Assembly (NCBI GenBank): GCA_964016885.1
Contig: OZ024742.1
Location: 167,958,001-168,022,000 of the forward strand
Origin: Eledone cirrhosa
Taxonomy: Eukaryota
Direction: 5' to 3'
Length of the DNA: 64,000 nucleotides
Below are positions 26,701 through 36,800 of the stretch, in pieces. Under the pieces are notes generated by a model. That model did no database searches. It saw only the letters and a program-made list of their open reading frames with translations, and was not told the origin of the DNA. Each line of letters begins with the position of its first letter. Within the stretch, counting starts at the first letter, position 1. Both the position numbers and the translations under genes were made by a program.

Positions 26701-29700
26701 AAAAATACCTAAAATTACTAAAATTCAAAAAATTCAAAAAATTCCTAAGATTCTTAAATTTCATGAAATTCATAAAATTCCTAAAATTCATAAGATTCCT
26801 AAAATTTATATAATTCATAAAATTCCTAAAATTCCTAAAATTTATAAAATTCCTAAAATTACTAAAATTCGTAAAATTCCTAAAATTCATAAAATTCCTA
26901 AAATTCCTCAAATTCCAAAAATTCATAAAATTAAAATTCCTAAAATTCAAAAAGTTCATAAAATTCCTAAGATTCCTAAAATTCCTAAAATTCCCAAAAT
27001 TCATAAAATTCATAAAATTCATAAAATTCATAAAAATTCATAAAATTCCAAGAAATTCAAAAAAATCCTAAATTTCCTAAAATTCCTAAAATTCTTAAAA
27101 TTCCTAAAATTCCTAAAATTCCTAAATTCCTAAAATTCCTAAAATTCCTAAAACTCCAAAAATTCATAAAATTCATAAAATTCATAAAATTCATAAAATT
27201 CATAAAATTCATAAAATTCATAAAATTCATAAAATACATAAAAATTCCTAAAATTCCTAAAATTCAAAAAATTCCTAAAATTCCTAAAATTCCTAAAATT
27301 CCTAAATTCCTAAATTCCTAAAATTACTAAAATTCATAAAATTCATAAAATTTATAAAATTCCTAAAATTACTAAAATTCGTAAAATTTTAAATTTCATA
27401 AAATTCATAAAATTCATAAAATTCCTAAGATTCCTAAAATTCCTAAAATTTATAATTCATAAAATTCCTAAATTTCATAAAATTTATAAAATTCCTAAAA
27501 TTACTAAAATTTATAATTCATAAAATTCCTAAAATTCATAAAATTTATAAAATTCCTAAAATTACTAAAATTTATAATTCATAAAATTCCTAAAATTCCT
27601 AAAATTTATAAAATTCCTAAAATTAATAAAATTAGTAAAATTTTAAATTTCATAAAATTCATAAAATTCATAAAATTCATAAAATTCATGAAATTCATAA
27701 AATTCCTAAAATTCATAAAATTACTAAAATTCATAAAATTCCTAAAAATTCATAAAATTCCGAAAATTCCTAAAATTTCTAAAAATTCATAAAATTCCGA
27801 AAATTCCCAAAAATTCCTAAAATTCCTAAAATTCCTAAAATTCCAAAAATTCCTAAAATTCCTAAAATTCCAAAAATTCATAAAATTCATAAAATTCATA
27901 AAATTCCTAAAAATTCAGAAAATTCCAAGAAATTCAAAAAAATCCTAAATTTCCTAAAATTCCTAAAATTCTTAAAATTCCTAAAATTCCTAAAATTCCT
28001 AAATTCCTAAAATTCCTAAAATTCCTAAAACTCCAAAAATTCATAAAATTCATAAAATTCATAAAATTCATAAAATTCATAAAATTCATAAAATTCATAA
28101 AATTCATAAAATACATAAAAATTCCTAAAATTCATAAAATTCCTAAAATTCAAAAAATTCCTAAAATTCCTAAAATTCCTAAAATTCCTAAATTCCTAAA
28201 TTCCTAAAATTACTAAATTCATAAAATTCATAAAATTTATAAAATTCCTAAAATTACTAAAATTCGTAAAATTTTAAATTTCATAAAATTCATAAAATTC
28301 ATAAAATTCCTAAGATTCCTAAAATTCCTAAAATTTATAATTCATAAAATTCCTAAATTTCATAAAATTTATAAAATTCCTAAAATTACTAAAATTTATA
28401 ATTCATAAAATTCCTAAAATTCATAAAATTTATAAAATTCCTAAAATTACTAAAATTCGTAAAATTCCTAAAATTCATAAAATTCCAGAAAATTCCTCAA
28501 ATTTCAAAAATTCATAAAATTAATAAAATTCCTAAAATTCAAAAAGTTCATAAAATTCCTAAAATTCCTAAAATTCCTAAAATTCCAAAAATTCATAAAA
28601 TTCATAAAATTCATAAAATTCATAAAAATTCATAAAATTCCAAGAAATTCAAAAAATTCCTAAAATTCATAAAATTCTTAAATTTCCTAAAATTCCTAAA
28701 ATTCCTAAAATTCCAAAAGTTCCAAAAATTCCTAAAATTCCTAAAATTATTAAAATTCCTAAAATTCATAAAATTCATAAAATTCATAAAATTCATAAAA
28801 TTCCTAAAATCCATTAAATTCCTAAAATTCATAAAATTCCTAAAATTCCTAAAATTCATAAAATTTATAAAATTCATAAAATTCATAAAATTCATAAAAA
28901 TTCAAAAAATTACGAAAATTCCAAAAAAATTACTAAAATTCCTAAAATTCAAGAAATTCCTAAAATTCCTAAAATTCCTAAAATTCCTAAATTCCTAAAT
29001 TCCTAAAATTACTAAAATTCATAAAATTCATAAAATTTATAAAATTCCTAAAATTACTAAAAGTCGTAAAATTTTAAATTTCATAAAATTCATAAAATTC
29101 ATAAAATTCCTAAGATTCCTAAAATTCCTAAAATTTATAATTCATAAAATTCCTAAATTTCATAAAATTTATAAAATTCCTAAAATTACTAAAATTTATA
29201 ATTCATAAAATTCCTAAAATTCATAAAATTTATAAAATTCCTAAAATTACTAAAATTCGTAAAATTCCTAAAATTCATAAAATTCCAGAAAATTCCTCAA
29301 ATTTCAAAAATTCATAAAATTAATAAAATTCCTAAAATTCAAAAAGTTCATAAAATTCCTAAAATTCCTAAAATTCCTAAAATTCCAAAAATTCATAAAA
29401 TTCATAAAATTCATAAAATTCCTAAAAATTCATAAAATTCCAAGAAATTCAAAAAATTCCTAAAATTCATAAAATTCTTAAATTTCCTAAAATTCCTAAA
29501 ATTCCTAAAATTCCAAAAGTTCCAAAAATTCCTAAAATTCCTAAAATTATTAAAATTCCTAAAATTCATAAAATTCATAAAATTCATAAAATTCCTAAAA
29601 TTCCTAAAATCCATTAAATTCCTAAAATTCATAAAATTCCTAAAATTCCTAAAATTCATAAAATTTATAAAATTCATAAAATTCATAAAATTCATAAAAA

Positions 29701-30860
29701 TTCAAAAAATTACGAAAATTCTTGAATTTCATAAAATTCCTAAAATTCCTAAAATTCCTAAGATTCCTAAAATTCCTAAAATTTATATAATTCATAAAAT
29801 TCAGAAAATTCCTAAAAATTCATAAAATTCATAAAATTCCTAAAAATTCCTAAAATTCCAAGAAATTCAAAAAATTCCTAAAATTCCAAAAATTCCTAAA
29901 ATTACTAAAATTCCGAAAATTCTTAAAATTCCTAAAATTCCTAAAATTCCTAAAATTCAAAAAATTCATAAAATTCATAAAATTCATAAAATTCCTAAAA
30001 TTCCTAAAATTCATAACATTTCTAATGTTCCTAAAATTCATAAAATTCCAAAAATTCCTAAAATTCCTAAAATTCCTAAAATTCAAAAAATTCATAAATA
30101 TCCTAATATTCAAAAAATTCATAAAAATCCTAAAATTCATAAAATTCATAAAATTCATAAAATTCCTAAAATTCATAAAATTACTAAAATTCATAAAATT
30201 CCTAAAAATTCATAAAATTCCGAAAATTCGTAAAATTCCTAAAATTTCATAAAATTCCGAAAATTCCAAAAAATTCCTAAAATTCCTAAAATTCCTAAAA
30301 TTCCAAAAATTCATAACATTCATAAAATTCTTAAAATTCCTAAAATTCCTAAAATTCCTAAAATTCCTAAAATTCCTAAAATTCATAGAAATTCCTAAAA
30401 TTCCTAAAATTCCTAAAATTCAAAAAATTCCTAGAATTCCTAAAATTCCTAAAATTCCTAAATTCCTAAAATTCCTAAAATTTATAAAATTCCTAAAATT
30501 ACTAAAATTAGTAAAATTTTAAATTTCATAAAATTCATAAAATTCATAAAATTCCTAAAAATTCATAAAATTACGAAAATTCGGAAAAATTCATAAAATT
30601 ACTAAAATTCAAAAGATTCAAAAAATTCCTAAGATTCTTAAATTTCATAAAATTCATAAAATTCATAAGATTCCTAAAATTCCTCAAATTTATATAATTC
30701 ATAAAATTCATAAAATTCCTAAAATTTATAAAATTCCTAAAATTACTAAAATTCGTAAAATTCCTAAAATTCCTAAAATTCAAAAAGTTCATAAAATTCC
30801 TAAGATTCCTAAAATTCCTAAAATTCCAAAAATTCATAAAATTCATAAAATTCATAAAAT
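17800..30860. repeat. ~6.8-7.2-kb-offset duplication within the 9-bp array (~17800-23710 vs ~24640-30860)
   Basis: Identical or near-identical pseudo-ORFs at offset 6843 (18943/25786, 19118/25961, 19844/26687) and 7181-7199 (20752/27934, 21439/28620, 22651/29850, 23372/30571); shared private variant TTTCATGAAATT. Confidence 0.88.
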
Positions 30861-32041
30861 TCATAAAAATTCATAAAATTCCAAGAAATTCAAAAAAATC
30901 CTAAATTTCCTAAAATTCCTAAAATTCTTAAAATTCCTAAAATTCATAAAATTCCTAAAATTCTTAAAATTCTTAAAATTCCTAAAATTCCTAAAATTCC
31001 TAAAATTCCCAAAATTCCAAAAATTCCTAAAATTCCTAAAATTATTAAAATTCCTAAAATTCCTAAAATTCATAAAATTCATAAAATCTATAAAATTCCT
31101 AAAATTCCTAAAATTCCTAAAATTCCTAAATCCATTAAAAATCCATTAAAAATCCATTAAAAATCCATTAAAAATCCATTAAAAATCCATTAAAAAATCC
31201 ATTTAAAAAAATCCATCAAAAAAATCCATTAAAAAAATCCATTTAAAAAATCCATTAAAAAAAATCCATTAAAAAAAAATCCATTAAAAAAAAAATCCAT
31301 TAAAAAAAATCAATTTAAAAAAATCCATTAAAAATCCATTAAAAAAATCCATTTAAAAAAATCCATTAAAAAAAATCCGTTAAAAAAAATCTATTAAAAA
31401 CCCATTAAAAATCCATTAAAAATCCATTAAAAATCCATTAAAAATCCATTAAAAATCCATTAAAAATCCATTAAAAAATCTATTTAAAAAAATCCATTAA
31501 AAAAATCCATTAAAAAAATCCATTTAAAAAATCCATTAAAAAAAATCCATTAAAAAAAAATCCATTAAAAAAAAATCCATTAAAAAAAATCAATTTAAAA
31601 AAATCCATTAAAAATCCATTAAAAATCCATTAAAAAATCCATTTAAAAAAATCCATTAAAAAATTCATTAAAAAAATCCATTTAAAAAATCCATTAAAAA
31701 AAATCCATTAAAAAAACTCAATCAAAAACCCATAAAAGAAACATTAAAACAGCATTTAAAAAATCCATTAAAAAAATCCATTTAAAAAAATCCATTAAAA
31801 AATCCATTAAAAAATCCATTAAAAATCCATTAAAAATCCATTAAAAATCCATTAAAAATCCATTAAAAATCCATTAAAAATCCATTAAAAAATCCAATTA
31901 AAAAAATCCATTAAAAAAATCCATTAAAAAATCCATTTAAAAAATCCATTAAAAAAAATCCATTAAAAAAAATCCATTAAAAAAAAATCCATTAAAAAAA
32001 ATCCATTAAAAAAAAAATCCGTTAAAAAAATCCATTAAAAA

Positions 32042-32240
32042 CTCAATCAAAAACCCAATTAAAAGGCCATAAAAGAAACATTAAAACAGCATTTAAAATA
32101 CCATTAAAAACGCCATAAAAAATCATTAAAATTCTTTTTTATGAAATTTATAATATGGCTTTTAATGAACTTTTTAATGGGCTTTTAGAATCATTAAAAT
32201 CCCATTAAAAATACATTAAAGGCCCATTAAAAACGCCATA
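32042..32240. repeat. ~199-bp conserved cassette, full form with inverted island; first of 19 copies
   Basis: CTCAATCAAAAACCCAATTAAAAGGCCATAAAAGAAACATTAAAACAGCATTT...ATGAAATTTATAATATGGCTTTTAATGAACTTTTTAATGGGCTTTTAG...GGCCCATTAAAAACGCCATA. The marker ATGAAATTTATAATATGGC starts at about 32141, 34583, 36148, 36914, 39118, 39625, 40540, 41073, 43662, 46087, 47827, 49299, 52205, 53945, 55391, 57378, 58088, 59860, 62528. Confidence 0.95.
32133..32188 (-). other. 56-bp strand-inverted satellite-like island flanked by the 12-bp direct repeat AATCATTAAAAT (32121-32132 and 32189-32200)
   Basis: Reverse complement reads CTAAAAGCCCATTAAAAAGTTCATTAAAAGCCATATTATAAATTTCATAAAAAAGA, i.e. monomer-like units in the opposite orientation. 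It is the only T-tract/G-rich segment on the + strand of array 2. Confidence 0.93.
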
Positions 32241-33719
32241 AAAAATCCATTAAAAAAAATCCATTAAAAAAAAATTCAATCAAAAACCCATAAAAGAAAC
32301 ATTAAAACGGCATTTAAAAAACCCATTAAAAATTCATTAAAAAAATCCATTTAAAAAATCCATTAAAAATCCATTAAAAATCCATTAAAAATCCATTAAA
32401 AATCCATTAAAAAAAAATCCATTAAAAAAATCCATTAAAAAATCCATTTAAAAAATCCATTAAAAAAAATCCATTAAAAAAAACTCAATCAAAAACCCAT
32501 AAAAGAAACATTAAAACAGCATTTAAAAAATCCATTAAAAAAAATCCATTTAAAAAAATCCATTAAAAAAGCCATTAAAAATCCATTAAAAATCCATTAA
32601 AAATCCATTAAAAATCCATTAAAAATCCATTAAAAATCCATTAAAAATCCATTAAAAAATCCATCTAAAAAAATCCATTAAAAAAATCCATTAAAAAAAT
32701 TCATTTAAAAAATCCATAAAAAAAATCCATTTAAAAAATCCATTAAAAAAAATCCATTAAAAAAATCCATAAAAAAAATCCATTAAAAAAAATCCATTAA
32801 AAAAAATCCGTTAAAAAAAATCTATTAAAAATCCATTAAAAATCCATTAAAAATCCATTAAAAATCCATTAGAAATCCATTAAAAATCCATTAAAAATCC
32901 ATTAAAAAATCCATTTAAAAAAATCCATTAAAAAAATCCATTAAAAAAATCCATTTAAAAAATCCATTAAAAAAAATCCATTAAAAAAAAATCCATTAAA
33001 AAAAAAATCCATTAAAAAAAATCAATTTAAAAAAATCCATTAAAAATCCATTAAAAAAATCCATTTAAAAAAATCCATTAAAAACCCATTAAAAATCCAT
33101 TAGAAATCCATTAAAAAATCCATTTAAAAAACCCATTAAAAAAAATCCATTAAAAAAATCCATTTAAAAAATCCATTAAAAAAATCCATTAAAAAAAATC
33201 CATTAAAAAAATCCATTTAAAAAATCCATTAAAAAAATCCATTAAAAAAAATCCTTAAAAAAATCCATTAAAAAAATCCATTAAAAAAATCCATTAAAAA
33301 AATCCATTAAAAAAATCCATTAAAAAAAATCCATTAAAAAAATCCATTTAAAAAATCCATTAAAAAAATCCATTAAAAAAATCCTTAAAATCCATTAAAA
33401 AAATCCATTAAAAAAATCCATTAAAAAAATCCATTAAAAATCCATTAAAAAAATCCATTAAAAAAAATCCATTAAAAATCCATTAAAAACCCATTAATAA
33501 TCCATTAAAAATCCATTAAAAATCCATTAAAAAATCCATTTAAAAAACCCATTAAAAAAATCCATAAAAAAAAATCCATTAAAAAAATCCATTAAAAAAA
33601 ATCCATTTAAAAAACCCATTAAAAAAATACATTAAAAAAATCCATTTAAAAAATCCATTAAAAAAATCCATTAAAAAAAAATCCATAAAAAAAATCCATT
33701 AAAAAAAATCCATTAAAAA

Positions 33720-33850
33720 CTCAATCAAAAACCCAATTAAAAGGCCATAAAAGACACATTAAAACAGCATTTAAAATACCATTAAAAACGCCATAAAAAA
33801 TCATTAAAATCCCATTAAAAATACATTAAAGGCCCATTAAAAACGCCATA
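33720..33850. repeat. 131-bp short (empty-site) form of the cassette; first of 5 copies (33720, 38386, 45263, 56527, 59009)
   Basis: Reads ...CGCCATAAAAAATCATTAAAATCCCATT..., lacking exactly 68 bp: the island plus one copy of the 12-bp direct repeat. Confidence 0.93.
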
Positions 33851-36800
33851 AAAAATCCATTAAAAAAAACTCAATCAAAAACCCATAAAAGAAACATTAA
33901 AACAGCATTTAAAAAACCCATTAAAAATTCATTAAAAAAATCCATTTAAAAAATCCATTAAAAATCCATTAAAAATCCATTAAAAATCCATTAAAAATCC
34001 ATTAAAAATCCATTAAAAGTCCATTAAAAATTCATTAAAAAATCCATTTAAAAAAATCCATTAAAAAAATCCATTAAAAAATCCATTTAAAAAATCCATT
34101 AAAAAAAATCCATTAAAAAAAATCCATAAAAAAATCCATTAAAAAAATCCATTAAAAAATCCATTAAAAAAAAATCCATTAAAAATCCATTAAAAAAATC
34201 CATTTAAAAAATCCATTAAAAAATCCATTAAAAATCCATTAAAAATCCATTAAAAATCCATTAAAAAATCCATTAAAAAAACCCATTTAAAAAATCCATT
34301 AAAAAAATCCATTTAAAAAATCCATTAAAAAAAATCCATTTAAAAAAACCCATTAAAAAAAATCCATTAAAAAAATCCATTTAAAAAATCCAGTAAAAAA
34401 AATCCATTAAAAAAAATCCATAAAAAAAATCCATTAAAAAAAATTCATTAAAAAAAAATCCGTTAAAAAAAATCCATTAAAAACTCAATCAAAAACCCAA
34501 TTAAAAGGCCATAAAAGAAATATTAAAACAGCATTTAAAATACCATTAAAAACGCCATAAAAAATCATTAAAATTGTTTTTTATGAAATTTATAATATGG
34601 CTTTTAATGAACTTTTTAATGGGCTTTTAGAATCATTAAAATCCCATTAAAAATACATTAAAGGCCCATTAAAAACGCCATAAAAAATCCATTAAAAAAA
34701 ATCCATTAAAAAAAAACTCAATCAAAAACCCATAAAAGAAACATTAAAACAGCATTTAAAAAATCCATTAAAAAAAATCCATTTAAAAAAATCCATTAAA
34801 AAAGCCATTAAAAATCCATTAAAAATCCATTAAAAATCCATTAAAAATCCATTAAAAATCCATTAAAATCCATTAAAAATCCATTAAAAATCCATTAAAA
34901 AATCCATCTAAAAAAATCCATTAAAAAAATCCATTAAAAAAATTCATTTAAAAAATCCATTAAAAAAATCCATTTAAAAAATCCATTAAAAAAAATCCAT
35001 TAAAAAAAATCCATAAAAAAAATCCATTAAAAAAAATCCATTAAAAAAAATCCGTTAAAAAAAATCTATTAAAAATCCATTAAAAATCCATTAAAAATCC
35101 ATTAAAATTCCATTAAAAATCCATTAAAAATCCATTAAAAAATCCATTTAAAAAAATCCATTAAAAAAATCCATTAAAAAAATCCATTTAAAAAATCCAT
35201 TAAAAAAAAATCCATTAAAAAAAAATCCATTAAAAAAAAATCCATTAAAAAAAATCCATTAAAAATCCATTAAAAAAATCCATTTAAAAAAATCCATTAA
35301 AAACCCATTAAAAATCCATTAAAAATCCATTAAAAAATCCATTTAAAAAACCCATTAAAAAAAATCCATTAAAAAAATCCATTTAAAAAATCCATTAAAA
35401 AAATCCATTAAAAAAAATCCATTAAAAAAGTCCATTTAAAAAACCATTAAAAAAATCCATTAAAAAAAATCCTTAAAAAAATCCATTAAAAAAATCCATT
35501 AAAAAAATCCATTAAAAAAATCCATTAAAAAAAATCCATTAAAAAAATCCATTTAAAAAATCCATTAAAAAAATCCATTAAAAAAATCCTTAAAATCCAT
35601 TAAAAAAATCCATTAAAAAAATCCATTAAAAAAATCCATTAAAAATCCATTAAAAAAATCCATTTAAAAAAATCCATTAAAAATCCATTAAAAACCCATT
35701 AATAATCCATTAAAAATCCATTAAAAATCCATTAAAAAATCCATTTAAAAAACCCATTAAAAAAATCCATAAAAAAAAATCCACTAAAAAAATCCATTAA
35801 AAAAAATCCATTTAAAAAAACCCATTAAAAAAATCCATTAAAAATCCATTAAAAATCCATTAAAAATCCATTAAAAATCCATTAAAAATCCATTAAAAAA
35901 TCCAATTAAAAAAATCCATTAAAAAAATCCATTAAAAAATCCATTTAAAAAATCCATTAAAAAAAATCCATTAAAAAAAATCCATTAAAAAAAATCCATT
36001 AAAAAAAATCCATTAAAAAAAACATCCGTTAAAAAAATCCATTAAAAACTCAATCAAAAACCCAATTAAAAGGCCATAAAAGAAACATTAAAACAGCATT
36101 TAAAATACCATTAAAAACGCCATAAAAAATCATTAAAATTGTTTTTTATGAAATTTATAATATGGCTTTTAATGAACTTTTTAATGGGCTTTTAGAATCA
36201 TTAAAATCCCATTAAAAATACATTAAAGGCCCATTAAAAACGCCATAAAAAATCCATTAAAAAAAATCCATTAAAAAAAAATTCAATCAAAAACCCATAA
36301 AAGAAACATTAAAACGGCATTTAAAAAACCCATTAAAAATTCATTAAAAAAATCCATTTAAAAAATCCATTAAAAATCCATTAAAAATCCATTAAAAATC
36401 CATTAAAAATCCATTAAAAAAAATCCATTAAAAAAATCCATTAAAAAATCCATTTAAAAAATCCATTAAAAAAAATCCATTAAAAAAAACTCAATCAAAA
36501 ACCCATAAAAGAAACATTAAAACATCATTTAAAAAATCCATTAAAAAAAATCCATTAAAAAAAATCCATTAAAAAAGCCATTAAAAATCCATTAAAAATC
36601 CATTAAAAATCCATTAAAAATCCATTAAAAATCCATTAAAAATCCATTAAAAATCCATTAAAAAATCCATCTAAAAAAATCCATTAAAAAAATCCATTAA
36701 AAAAATTCATTTAAAAAATCCATAAAAAAAATCCATTAAAAAAAATCCATTAAAAAAAAATCCATTAAAAAAAATCCATTAAAAAAAAAATCCGTTAAAA

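Larger units (their letters stand above)
1..31130. repeat. 9-bp tandem satellite array, consensus AAAATTCCT / AAAATTCAT (variant triplets CCA, CAA, CTT, TAT, ACT, CGT, CCG, ATT, AGT); open at the left window edge
   Basis: Uninterrupted 9-bp periodicity with a near-invariant AAAATT core and a variable 3-bp part; occasional 8- and 10-bp units; no unique sequence; + strand nearly G-free. Confidence 0.98.

Noticed and set aside
217-31082. All ORFs in the supplied track (NFR/NFM, KFL/KFI, KIP/KIH and GIL repeats), including the 212-aa ORF at 12212-12850
   Set aside because: A 9-bp period is a multiple of 3, so some frames lack stops automatically. ORFs end at 1-bp monomer indels, overlap on both strands and show no domain or coding signal.
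1-31130. G-quadruplex or i-motif potential of the GG/CC repeats
   Set aside because: Only GG doublets separated by 7-nt loops and often interrupted by CAT units; stable quadruplexes are unlikely.
32133-32188. Island as a MITE or Helitron
   Set aside because: There are no terminal inverted repeats and no CTRR 3' end. It occurs at only one site context, so its copies arose by array duplication and not by independent transposition.
32171-32211. Hairpin followed by A/T tracts as a rho-independent terminator
   Set aside because: The stem is AT-rich rather than GC-rich, there is no upstream gene, and the context is satellite DNA.
34576-34630. G-allele island looks like a 55-nt GT...TTTTAG mini-intron
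   Set aside because: The donor GTTTTT is poor and about half the copies have C instead of G. Splicing would leave both direct repeats and so would not produce the observed empty form. There is no exon context.
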